Positions 15,120-28,234 of a DNA stretch of 64,000 nt are shown here, piece after piece (positions within the stretch are counted from its first letter, which is position 1; each line of letters begins with the position of its first letter). The position numbers and the translations under genes are program-made. Origin of the DNA: Paraspadella gotoi. Its lineage: Eukaryota; Animalia; Chaetognatha. Under the pieces are notes generated by a model, which did not search any database, was not told the DNA's origin, and worked only from the letters and a program-made list of their open reading frames with translations. The stretch spans positions 1,878,581-1,942,580 of the forward strand of contig JBJCIZ010000239.1 in the NCBI GenBank assembly GCA_051294375.1, given 5' to 3'.

Positions 15120-18100
15120 TCAATCGTCCTTTTTCTTCTCGGGATCCTTGAAGTGAAGGAAGACGAAGGAGAAGAGAAAGAGTCCGATCATCATAGAAAA
15201 TGCGGACGCGTAGTACGGGTAAGCGGAGACGATGAAGCGTTCATACTGGGTGTGCTCCAGCGGACGGACGGACACCTTGAGGAAATGAGAGATGTACTTA
15301 CGTAAAAGAGAAGGCGTTGTCGTGATATATCTCGCAATTTTTTAACTTTTGTATGGAAAAATAAAACGTTTTGATAATCGCGTGTTTTTGGTTACATTTC
15401 TATGACAACCGCCCTCGCCATAAAAAAGAGACGCTCAAAAAGAGACCATTCAAACAACAATGAGAAAGCCATGAAAAGGCCGAGCGTGAAAACCTCACGA
15501 CTTACACGCTGCCCAGATAGAATCGATCTCAAACAAATGAACATCGCGCTCAGCTGAAAGAATCGAAGCCGGGAAACGACGATCGACGCGAAGCCAAAAA
15601 ACTTACACCGCAGCAGCACCAATGCTCTATCCCTTACTGCTCAGTCGTACTGGGACGCTGCAGCTCCTGCCGTTTACAATTTTCCTCCCCAACCCTAAGG
15701 TCTATGATTTTTCCCAAAAAAAACCTGCGAAGAGGAGTAGAGCCTCGTGAACCCGATCCTGTTGTAGTCGACTTTGAACTGATAGACTCCGTAGACGTCG
15801 GGCAACTTGAATCGTGACACGAATTCTCCGTTGACGCTGCCGTGCAGCGCCGTGCGGACGAAGGGATCGATGCGCACGAATTCCAGTTGGACGTCCTTAG
15901 CCTTGGGGGGGGGGTTGGGTTGGGGAATGGGTGAAGAAAATAAGTAATTAAACGAGGTTTTTATTTCATTATCTTCATTATCAGTATTTTTCCTTTCTTT
16001 ATAAATTTGAATAAAGATTTTCAACGAAATTTTTAATGAAATTAAATTAAATTTCAATAATTTGAATAATCAATTTAGATTTTTTTTTAAATAATATTTT
16101 GTTAAAGTACAATCCGAATTTTATTTACATAATTCATTAAACCCCCCTATACTACGGCCCACAAAACCACCTTGTACGGTTTCCACCCGTCCTGCCCCAA
16201 TTCCTCGATCTGGATCGAGTAGACGACGTCGTCGGTGACGGTGTAGGCGGCCGGAGGGTCGGTCTCGCCCTCTCGACGGTGGGAGACTTGGCCCACGCGC
16301 AGGACGCCCTTTTCCTTGAGGACCCACTGGGAGAGGGCCGTGGCCAAGGCCTCGTTGCTGGAATGGGTCGATTCCGAGCCCACGGGTTCAACGCTGAGAA
16401 ATGGGAATGGGAAGAATTAGTTAAGTTAATTTAGTAATACAATGGGCGAGTCCACGTCGACACGTAATTTCATGATTTAAAATTTTTTGTCTTTTGTTTT
16501 TAATAAAGATTCGCCTGTCCGTTCGACGGCAGAGTCACCTGGTGGAGAAAAACTCGTCGCTGAAAAAATCCAAGGATCCGACGAAGACCACGCGGGCGTT
16601 GTTTCGAGCCTGAGGAAGAGGGAAGGAGAAAAATAAAGGGGTGCGTTGAATCAAAAGAGAACCGCGTGGTTCTTTTCATTTCTGTTCGATTTCATATGGA
16701 ACAATTAAGATGAAACTGGTTCGTGGTTAGTCGTTGTTGTCGTTGTTATCCGCGCGGATAAGAGTTGTTTGAATATCATTAAATGATTGTAAACTATAAT
16801 AAATATTAAATAATAACTCATCAAATCGTATAAACATTTGAATGACATGTCTTTAATGTTGGAAAAAGAGTATCTAATTCGATTTATATGACTAAAACAC
16901 CAGTTAATCTGATCGAAATACTCAAAATACGATCTTTTTTCATCTCCCCCAATGGAACCTGCAAGGCGGAGATCAAGAGAGTGTTCTTGCCGACGGCGTG
17001 GGGGAACTCCTCGATCTTGGCGTCGGGATTAAAGGAGTAGGCCGTGGAGGAGGCCGTCAGGATGGAGAGAACCAGAGGGTTTTCCGGATCCGCCGTCATG
17101 GCCACTCCGCGGTAGAGGTACTTGGCCGAATTGTCCGGTTGTCCTTAGAAGAAAAAAAAAGAGCGATTGCTTTTTGGAGGAGACGATTTCTGATGGTCAA
17201 ACTGCGTATTATAATATATTATACTTTATAATTATATCATATATTAAATTTATAATTAAGCGCATATTATACGACGCATATAAAATGAGTTGGTAAAGCA
17301 ACTAAACAAAAATTAAAGCAACAAAGCAAATATTTGTTTTGACGAAAACAAGTTAGGTCCCATTTTTTTTAATAAAAAAAAATATATCATTTTTAATTTC
17401 ATAAAAAAATAGATCATTAAAAAAATAGTCGAAACTAGCAACCAACGAGTAAAATAGAAACAACAATAAGTAAATAAATAAACGGAAATTCTAACATATA
17501 AATCGCATCAATACGCAGCCTCTCTCCAAATATCATTTTTCTTCACCAACGATCATCGGCGCCCTGATCAAATTCTCCGCCTCGGCGACGACGAGCGTGT
17601 GCTTCCCTTCGTCCTTGACGTCGAAGCGGAGATGGTCGATGACGGCGGCGTTCTCCTCGTCGAACTCGACGCCGCATTCCGAGGCCAACTCCTTGATGGG
17701 TTCCCCGATGGAGGAGGCGGCGGCGACGAGGACGTTCCCTCCGCCGTCGATGAACTCCGTGATGGTGGCCACGTCGATCTGGCCGCCGAAGGCCTCCACC
17801 GACGGAGAGAAGAGGATGAGGTGGTCGTAGAGGAATTCTCCGTAGCGGATGAGGGTGAGGGAAGGATCGTCGGCCGTTTTGAAGGTCAGCTCGAATCCTC
17901 GGTCTGGAGTCAGGGCGGGGTGGGGGGGGGGTGTTTCAAGGTAGGATTCAGAAACGTGATCTCGTATCCCGACTCGACCCAATTTTCGATTTCGACTCAA
18001 ATTAAAATGAGGGGATGACGGAAAACTTAGACCTGACGACGACGACAACAACAACGCCCGCTCACCTTTAAGCGATCGAAAGAAGCGCGAGTGAGTCTCC

Positions 18101-18219
18101 TTGATGAAGTGAGAATCCAAAAGGACGAGCGTCTTCCGACCGGCGAGGGCGGCGCCGGCCGGGATCGCCGCCAAAATCGCCAGGCCGACGAGCAGAGCTA
18201 ATCGATCGTTGGAACCCAT
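15120..18219 (-). CDS. DDOST: Oligosaccharyltransferase subunit OST48/WBP1
   Basis: Signal peptide, [68 protein letters not shown] and a C-terminal TM followed by KKKDD*. Confidence 0.95.
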
Positions 18220-19419
18220 CGTTGGTTAGAGAGCTACTACTTTAACTCAACTGTACTAAACGATTCTCTACTGTTAACCGTCGAACCGGACTCTCTCAAA
18301 AATCTTGACCTGATACCGAACGTGAGGCAAAGAAAATGTTAGTACTAATTTTTTTTTCCGCGCAGAAAAAAAAAACCTCAAAATATATATTAACCGAACA
18401 TAATTAGTAATTAATGTAATTACCACGGGCTAAAAAATATTGTTAGATCAGAAATACAGATCGACTAGGATCCTACCATAAAAATTTCGGCAGCCGAAGA
18501 ACGAAAATAAAAATAAATGCGAACGGTAACGTGAGGCACAGCGATACTTCTTTATATATAAATATTACTTATATAAAAACCAAAATTAAAACTGGATGCA
18601 AGTAGAATGTTCCGAAATGTTAGTTATAACGAATACGAAGCTGATAATACGTATAATAACGAAAGACGCGAGGGAAAGGGGAAAGGGAGCTTTTATTCTT
18701 TTGGCTTCAAGGGTACAAGAAAACTCGATAGCGTTTTGACTAAAAAAAAGTGACGCGACTTAGTGTCAAAAGTTACGGTAAAATATCTGAAGTAATCAAT
18801 TTTAACGAATTTAGATCAAATCTTATCGAACCTTCTCACGCAAAACGTTATCAACGCGCGTTATCTGGTTATCTGTACGAAATATATTTCCAGCGACATC
18901 AAAGTTTTCGAGTAACCGAAAAAAGAAAACAACAAATCATGTAATAAACTACAATAGTCCCCAGATTAGAAAAAGGCATCAGTAGTAGACAGCGTGCTAG
19001 CATTTGAGAGCGCAATCATTATATATATGCATTGACCATTCTAAATCTAAAACATTATGATGCAAAATAAAAAAAAATGTTTTTTTAATAACAATTTCAA
19101 ATTTGTAAAAGAGGCAACACAAACAATAAAACCTATCACAGAGACACTAGTCTCGGTCGCACGAACAATAAAAGCTCCAAGTAGATAACAAACGAAACGG
19201 TAGTTACAAAAATGTGGACTCTCGGTACGCTATACAATGAGGTAAGTTTAAGCCTCATTCGATAATGAACCAAGAGTTCACCTTTAATATTAAGAGCGAA
19301 AGAAAAATAATTCGCCCACGTTTGGCTACACTAAAAACTGAATCGTATTTTCTATTCAGAGACAAAAAAGCTGTTTTGTTTCTGTTTATGATTTTCTCAT
19401 AAAATCTTTGTTCTTATTT

Positions 19420-20614
19420 TTATTCTTCGTCAAAGTCGAGGGCCTTTTCGAGTCGCAGTCTCTCCAATTGCCTGGACAAAAATGGTTGATCCGTCTCGTG
19501 ACCCGAATTCAAAATGGTCTCCTCCGCTCGCCAATCGAAGGGGAATCGCTCGAGGTCGGCCGAGGAGACCCCCTCGCCGAAGACCCGCTTCGCCGAAACG
19601 CCCACCGTTTTTTTAGGGTCGAATTCCGCCTCGGATTTCAGGAATTCTGATGGAGGGAAGATAAAAATACAATTATCTCATTTACATATTACAGTAAATA
19701 ACGAGGTGAAAGTTTTGTCGGAAAAAATGTATTTTTACAAAAAAATGTTTAAAACGAATCGTTGTACTAAGATAAAAATTTCAACTTACATCTAATTCAG
19801 AAATATGACAGTCGGCAGTTTAGGAGATTATTCTCATTATTATTTACCAACAGGAGCGAGATCGATAAGGATATATATTAAAAGGATTAAAAAGAAAGCA
19901 TAAAATGCTGTGTGATATGGAGCTCCGTCTTATCTAAACCCATTACCGTGCTCATTGCACAAATACCAAAACTTTTTTTTCTGAATTAGCATCGTTCGAC
20001 AAACGGGCCTTCTTTCAAAAAAGCGACAGACTAAACCAAAACATAAATCCTTTCCCCCCACCCGTTCGGGAACTCACCCGTTCGACGCAGCTGCACGCAG
20101 GCCTGCATGAGGGCGTCGACGAGCGGCGCCTGTTTGGTGACGATCTGAAGCATCATCGTCTCCGCCTCGTCGACGCGGCCGTCTTCGTCGGGGAGGGCGA
20201 AGTGGAGGAATAGGGAGGGAAGGACGGCGGGAGAGGTGGAGGAGGCCAGCGTCAGGCCGGGCTCTTTCGAAAGAGAAGGATGAAAAGAGAAAGAGGAATT
20301 GTAAGAAATTAGAATTAAAGTTAAATTGTTATAAAAATTATATAAAAATTAATATATGGAAACTGGGAAGCCTTCTATGCAGCAGTAAGGACGTAAAATG
20401 CTGTCATTTTGCTCAAAACAAAATTTCAAACGAGAAAGGGGTAAATTGAAAATTTTTTTTTTTCTTTGAATTCGTCGAAAAAGTATTTAAAAATAAAGGA
20501 ATAAACAAAGCAAACGCTTACCGTCTTCGGGATCGTCCAATTCCGCCGTCATCCAATACAGTTGAGAATAAGGAATGGCTTAAAGGATGAGAAATAAGAA
20601 ATCGTAATTCAGGA

Positions 20615-20672
<58 letters not shown>

Positions 20673-21471
20673 GCATTAACGATATCATTATCGGGGAAAT
20701 GAAACTCGGCCGACCATCGGAATAATACTTCCGCCGAAGCCCCCCCCCCCCAAAACTCACTCAGCAGAAGCGATCCTGGCGAGTGAGCGGCGACTGAGAG
20801 ATCGAGGAGCGAGAGACCGCGGAGAGAGACGGCGACGGTGACGGGGTAGGTGGCGTCGACGCCGCCCTTGTCCAGGTTCCACACGGTGGAAAACACCGAC
20901 GCCGGTTTGTACAGGATTCCGCGGAAAAAGGCACACGAGTAGAAAGGCAGTTTGTAACAGTGGCGCAGAAACTCGCGCTCCGCCAGTCTTGAAGAGCGGG
21001 GGGGGAAAAGCGGACGTGAAATAACTAATCGGGGGGCGGGGTTAAGTTAAAGACAATGCAGATCCTTACAAGTTGGGATTTTTTTCTCCGTCTTCCAGGT
21101 TTGTAAAAGTTGAAAGCCTTTCGGTTTCGGTTTTGTGAGCTCGTTGTAAATCGAAAGATATTTTCTCCTGAAGTTTTCGAAATATAAAACAAATGATCGA
21201 ATTTTCAACGGATTTCCCCTCGCCTCAACCCCCCCTTTCCTCACCCTGACTTTGTCGGTTCGCGAAAAGACCCGCGCCAGCAGCGAGGAGCCGCTGCAGC
21301 CCAAGAACGCAGCCTTGCTCTTCTCGATCCAGTCCGGCAGCAGCGAAGGAATCTTGGGTCGATAGAACGCGTTGTCGTGATCGTCGGGAACGTGGGGACC
21401 GCACTCGGCCACGGAAATCAGGCCGGAGAGTCGGAAGCAGGCTGTGGGGGGGGATTGGTCAATGGTCATAT

Positions 21472-21547
<76 letters not shown>

Positions 21548-23391
21548 CAACTTACTGTCGACATCAAGCGGATAAAGTCCCTCCAAGACGTTCTCCTTCG
21601 CTTCGCAGTACAAGAGTCGAGTCACGTGACGATCGTCGATGTCGAGGTCGGCTGAAGGATTGAGGAACGCGTTGCGCTGCAGTCGGAGGATGGGCTCGTC
21701 CGTTTCCAACTGATCCATGCTGTGAAGAAGGAAATAAGTTAATAGATAAAAAAAGAGATAAATAATTAAATCTTGTTAAATATATTTTAAAACGCCTGCC
21801 TAAATTCAGTTATATGAACTTAATAAAAATACTACAATATGCAAATGATATTTTAGAGCTTTAATAAAAATGCTGTTGAACAAGTGAATGAGTTTTCGTT
21901 TTCAACATTCAACAGTCGGACTCATCTTTACCTGGCCAGCGTGAACTTTACGAGTAAGTCTCCCCATTGCTTGGCCATGCGATGAGGAACGTGATACGGA
22001 CGCAACTGGGAAAGAAAATTAACGCCGATCGAAAACAATGATAAGAAAAACTCTCTCTCTCTCTCCCTCTCTTCACACCTGCAAGTGCAAAAGCGGCGAA
22101 CTGAGCCAAATGCCGAAGCAAGCCTTGTAACGCTTGGGAATCTCGACCTCTTCCAAGACTAAATCCAAGATGGCGTCGGCCGTCGCCGTCCGACCGTCCT
22201 CGATGAGAAAGGTGAGGCCAGAGTTGTCCATGAGGTAGACGCAGATTTCGATGGCGGATTGGGAGGAGGCGACGGAGGTTTGCTGTGGAGGGGGGGAGAG
22301 GGGGGGGAAGGAGTGGGTGGGGGGAAGTTTAAGAGGGTGGGCTTTCCAAGTTCGTAGAGAATAAAACGTAGCGATCGAATACGTAGAACATTGTACAATA
22401 TATTGTACAATAAGACTAAAAAAATACTACTATGAAAACTGTTTCAAAAGAAATGAGAAATGATCTAAACTGCTACTATATGTAAATGGGATTGAAGAAC
22501 TCCATCTCATTTGAAATGAACCATTCAAACTTATAGAAAGCTAAAAAATTCACCAAAATATCTCGTCAAGATATTCGATTTTTTCGATAAGTGACGTTCA
22601 TTGGCATCCGAACAACAAATAAAACAAACGCAACCCCGATCTATGTTTTCCTCCGTTCCCAACCTGCGTGACGGGAGACGAAATGGCGGACAAGACGACG
22701 TCGGAAAACTGAATCCCGAGTCCGCCGCCGACGCCGAGTCCGCCCTTTCGCGTCTTCTCGATGTTGGCGTTTTTGTCGCCAATTGTCGACGTCGGCGACG
22801 TCACGGTCTCGCCCGACGAGGATTTCGTGACTGTGATGACGGGGACGTCGTCAACCGCGTCCTCGGGGGCGTCGACGGCCGACTCGGCGTCGACGGCCAC
22901 GTCCCCCTTCGACCCCGGAGGCTCCTTCGCTTTCGCCCGGGCGGCGAAGAGTTTGAAGGCGCCGGAGGGGCGGTCGGGAAGCGGCGAGGGAGAGTCGGGC
23001 AATGAGGCGGAGTCGGCGGCGACGGTTTCCGCGCCGAGGAGACGGATCTCGGTTTCTGTCAAATCAAAATCAAATTTTATCAAAATCAAAATCAAATCAA
23101 AGTCAAATCAAATGCAAAACAGTCAAATCAAAATCAAAACAAAGTCGAATCAAAATCAAATCTAAACTAAGTTAAAAGAAAATAAAATCAAACCAAATAA
23201 AAATCAATTCAATAACTGGATCAATTCCTCACCCGGTTCGCTTCTCGGAGAGTCGACCTCTGCGGGAACGAGGCTCGACTTCTCGTCCGACTCGAGGTCT
23301 GAAATGGGCGTGGCAACCGGTCAAAGACAAAAATAAAAATAAAAATAAAATCATAACAACTTTTACCTCGGATCCCCTTTTCCGTCTCCAT
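19420..23391 (-). CDS. FRMD8: FERM-domain protein 8 (iTAP/Bili-like)
   Basis: ICVYLMD..FGIWLSSPLLHLQLRPYHVPHRMAKQWGDLL..DEPILRLQRNAF..RLLYCEAKENVLEGLYP matches the FRMD8 FERM N-lobe. About 10 exons. The start (METEKG, 23391) is less certain. Confidence 0.82.
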
Positions 23392-24513
23392 CCTTGGGCT
23401 CTCCCTATTTACGCATTTTTAAGAGTTTTTTTTTGGTTGTATTTTTTATTTATTCTCCTATAGAAACGGATTTCAGTACAGTTGCATTAAAATTGCTTGA
23501 TGGTTAAAAAACAAAAACGCCACTGGAAAAAATTAGAAATATTCGCCCACCGAAAAAAACGATTTTCAACGTTACAATTCAAGTTGGCCAATAATAAATG
23601 TGGCTATAAAACGGGGGGCGGGCGCGAATTCTGATTTTTTCCCAAAGTGGAAGCTCTTGAAAATGGGTAAGTTTCGAGGATGGTTGCTTCCTGCTCAACG
23701 ATCAATCGGGAGGGAGAGAATGGCACAGAAAACTGACACGAGGCAAAGAAAGCTTCATTCTTCACTTATCAAACAGTCGTAAAAACGAAATTGGGGGATG
23801 GGGAAAACATATCTATCACTTTAGAATACATTTAGCTAAACGAAACAATTCGGCAATAAAAACGATTTTAATATTTTACGTCTATCGAGAATCTAAAGGC
23901 TTGAGAGATAACGTTTAGTAACAACAAATAAGAAAAGATAGTTTGTCGAGACGGAAATTTATTTCTCTGTCTTAATGACCGAGCACGTGTCATTTTCGTT
24001 GCGTCAACTCGTTTCAACGCATGCGATTCTTGTAAGGTAAACGGTTAATAAAATAAATTGTACACGGATGAAAAAAAAAAAATTAATGAATAACACTCAT
24101 GATAGATATAGGGTCTTGCTCGTGGTAAAATATCAAGACAAGTAAACCAAGAAAAAACTAAAATATTGGAATGCGGATGGAGGAAAAACTGAAAAAAAAA
24201 TTATGGATGTAATTTGTTTGGTTTTGTTTTTTTTTTTTTTTTCGTCAAAAACGAAACAATAAAAAAAAAACTACTCCAGCCATGAAAAATTCTATCAGTT
24301 AAATTGGGGAGTAGCAAACCCGAACACCGAGTCTTTAAATTTCGTCGGGTTCAAAAAAATAAAAAATAAAAAAATCAAATTTTTAAATACACACACAACG
24401 AAATCAAGTGTGGTTAAGTGAAAAGCCATCGAGAGACAAAAAAAACAAACAACAACAATGCGGAGATTTTTTTGAGAGAAAAGAATTAGAGAGAAAAGAA
24501 TGAGAGAAATGGT

Positions 24514-27500
24514 TTATGGCGTGAAGACGTTTAATTTCAAGAGATTCTTCTTCTCTTCGTCCAAATCGTTTTTGGCGATGAAGAGGGTGTGGCCGTAGCC
24601 GCACGTCAAGTTTTGGATCTTGATGCCCTGTGTTTATGTTTAATCGATCGTATTTATATTGTTTTTTTCTAAAAAAATACAAACCAATAACCAATAACCC
24701 ATCCCGCGTTCCCACCTTGAGTTTCTTGACGATTTCCGGCCGCTTGGCCGTCTGCATGAGATGGCCGTGACCCAGCTCGCCCAGAGTGGGACTGGGTCCC
24801 CACGAGAAAACGTCCGTTTCCGTCGTGACCACGATCGAACTCCTTTGGCGGAAGGGAAAGGGGGGGCCAAGATGGGATTTGAGAGTCCGATTCCAACCAC
24901 ATTTCATTTAATCAAAAGGCCAAAATACAGTTTGGCACACTACATTCCCCATAAATACAAATTACAAATAAGACGTTGGACTCATATTTTTTTGAAGACG
25001 AAGAATCACTGAAAACTGTCAAACATTTGTTTTCTCATTTTTACTACCGTTTCGTTCCCGAATTCAGCAATTTCGCTTTCAACGTCAAAACCCTTTTCGA
25101 TCCGACTTTCTCTCCTCCGATTAAATGATACGTTTCATCAGACCACCTGACCGCCACCATCATCCTCACCCACTCCCACCCCCCCCACAAACTCCTCACT
25201 TGGAAGCGCCCACGTTTTGCACGTCCCTCCCTTCGATCTCCGACATGACGATGGGCTTCATGTGCGCCTCCGTCGCCGGCCGCGTCGTTCCCCAGAAGAA
25301 GAGCACCCCGAGGCGACACTTGACGATGCAGTACTGGGAGCCGGCCCAGCACCGGATCGCGCCGCCGCCGCGATGGTGCGTGCGGAACTCTCCGTCGACC
25401 AACCTTGGGAAGAGACGTGGAATAATGATAAAGAGAAATTACTACCAAGAGTCGCGCAGCTTTCAGGTATATAAAATTGGCACAACCAATATAAAAATTA
25501 TCCATTCATTTAATAAATAAGCTATCTTGCCCCTGACTTTGGACGATGGACACTGGACAGGCTATGATGGATAAAGGCCTTCATCTCACTTACAAGATAA
25601 TAACAAAGCAACGACCCAGCAAGCTTTTAATCAAGACTCTCTCACAGTCTCGTTTATTCACTGGCTTCCCTATATGGTATTTAGAAGAATAACAACAACA
25701 ACAACGACGAGGTTCTCGCCTCGGCATGAGTTCGTCGTCGGTCTTTCCGTGACCGAGTCGTCCGTATCCTCCGAATCCCCAAGTGTAGACGCGGCCCTTC
25801 ATGTCGACGGCCACGGTGTGGTTGGGTCCGCAGGTGACGTCCACTATGTAAATGTCTTTGAGGATCTTCCCCATCGCCTAACAGCGCCGAGAAAAAAAAT
25901 ATAAATTTAAAATTTTTTGGGTATTTTATAATCCGGTTGAATGAAGTAGTTTGGTCGACTCAATGAACATCTCTCACCATTAAATCCCAATACGACAATA
26001 TATGCAAATGAGATCGAGAAACTCACCTTGGACGACTTCTCCTTGGGATCTTTCTCCACGAACCGCTCCAACCTCTGCGGCGAAGTCACGAATTGGAAAC
26101 TGAGTTTGGAAGAAGTGACGAAGTATTTGCCGTCGTCGTTGTGGCCCAACTGGCCGTACTCGGGGGAGCCCCACGAGTGGAGTGATCCGCGGGTGTCGAC
26201 GGCCATGCTGAACTCACCGCCGCAGGCCACTCGGCGGAAGGGTCTTAGGGAAAAAAGGGGGATTTAAATCATATCTTTAACACAGAACGCTCAATCAATC
26301 AATCAATTCATCCGCCTCTCACCTGACGGACTTGACCTTCGTGGGCAAAAGGACCTTCTCCTGCGTGTTCCCGATGCCGCACTGACCGCTGGAGTTGAGG
26401 CCGAAGCCGAAGAGCGAACCGTCGTCCGTCAGAACGAGCGAGTGATAGCGACCCGTCGCGGCCGCCACCGCGCGTTGCGGCTAAATTAATAATTAATTTA
26501 ATGAGTATTATCAATTATCATTACTTTTCAATATCCCGTTCTAAACCTGAATGGCTTTCAGCAACGTGGGCTGCATGATCGGCTTTGGCTTTGCCTCTCC
26601 GGTCCCGATCTGACCCTTGTCGGCCCGGCCCCAGGCGTACACCTGCCCTTCGGCGGTGATGACGAGGCTGTGGAAGGAGGCCGAGGAAGAGGCCAACACG
26701 GAGACAGGAATTCCTGAACGACAACGACGGCGAAAAAAAAAAAATTTTTAGTCGGTCAGTCATTTTTAGAATCTCATTAAAATTTTAAAACGGAACTGTA
26801 AACAATATTTATGAAACAATATATTACTGTGATACAATACATAAAAGGACTCTCCCATATCCTCCCTCCAAACCTTGGAGAGGATTTAGCCTGGAGATGT
26901 TCCAGATGTTTCTCATGTTCTTAACGTTTTTACTTCCGCCCGACAAAAGGTCCCAGTTCGTGGCGCCGCAGAAGAGGATCTCCCCCGACTGATTGGGGAG
27001 GTTGAGGGGAAGCTGAGTCTCCAGGATTTCGTCCTCGTCGTAGTCGCCGTCGTTGGATCTTTCGTCGGGCTGAAGTATTTAACGGTGAAAAAGAGGGTAG
27101 GGAGTTACAATTAATCCGATATATTCACACCGCCTTACATCCAGCTTCATTCAGCCAATCCCATTGACTCAGAGAGGGAACGCACCATCTCAAGCTTTAC
27201 GTTCCATCCACACTCCACAGTCCTAAAGACTTCCCTCTGTGTTGGCAAATCGAGACCGGCCTAGGGTAACCGCGCCGGTAACAGGTGGCGTCACTGAGGG
27301 TCGGAAGTCCCCAAATGGGCACTCGGGCAACCCCACTGTTGCCATACTGGCAATTATAATTTTGAGTTGTAAATAGTAACAACCAATAAAATTTAAAGAA
27401 TAAACAGAATCACGTCAAAAAACTAATTACCATTCTACAAATGAACAAAATATTAGCATTTCAATTTTTCAAATTTTTATTCCAGTTAAAATTTAACAAA

Positions 27501-27610
27501 AAAGTCCTTTGTTTTACTCATAAACTTTTTTTTAAAGTTTCTACGATATGCAAATAGAATTAAAGGATTTCACATTAACACAAAATAATCTGGCGAGGAA
27601 TCGTCAATAA

Positions 27611-27646
<36 letters not shown>

Positions 27647-28077
27647 AAAGAAAAAAAACAAGAACAACCAACAAACAAATTTCCTTCACCCTTTCTCCGA
27701 ACCTCGGGAGTGTTGTCGGCCGTCCGTCTCCGCTTGTGCTCGAGCACGCTGCCGCCGGCAAAGTTTTCCTTGAGCCTTCGGAGGACGGGGTCGTTGAGAA
27801 TGGGTCCGTCGTTGTCGGGGTTTTTGTAGGGATTCTCGCAGATGCCGCGGACGGCCATCCCGCCTTTCCAGAACAGCTTGCCGACCTCGCTGACCTCGCT
27901 GACCTCCGGGTTGGCGCTGTTGCTGGATCCGTTGTCGCTGGCGCCGCCGGCGGCGGCCGGGGCGTCCGAGCCGGAAGAAGCGGCGTCGCCGGCGCCTATT
28001 TCCGCCGGCTCCGACGTAGTGGACTCCTCGGTCCCGTTGCTGTCCTCGGCTTTGCGTTTTTGTCCGACTTCGGCCAT
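24514..28077 (-). CDS. RCC2: RCC1-repeat protein RCC2/TD-60
   Basis: FCGATNWDL, ACGGEFS..SWGSPEYGQLGHNDDGKY, CGPNHT..YTWGFGGYGRLGH, SWGPSPTLGELG and CGYGHTLFI. Confidence 0.9.
25470..25672 (+). repeat. Dispersed intronic repeat family B (~200 bp). Copies at 25470-25672, 47795-47976 and partial 45741-45810
   Basis: Shared core CAACCAATATAAAAATTAT.CATTCATTTAATAAATAAGC..CTTGCCCC.GACTTT..GACAGGCTATG.TGG..TAAGGCCT.CATC..AATCAAGA..CTGGCTTCCCTA. Confidence 0.8.
27121..27346 (-). mobile_element. Repeat family A (~250 bp structured non-autonomous element), copy in RCC2 intron
   Basis: Aligns by eye along its length with 37152-37404 and 45164-45418. Confidence 0.8.
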
Positions 28078-28234
28078 CGTCGAATGTCGATAAATAGCAA
28101 AGAAGTTTTTATGTTTTTGTTTCTTTTTATAGTTTTTTTCAAGCGAATAAACTAGTAACACGAGATGGATAAATAACCTTTTAAACTTAACAAGGAACAC
28201 TTTTCAAAATGAACTACACAGCCAACAAAAGTTT

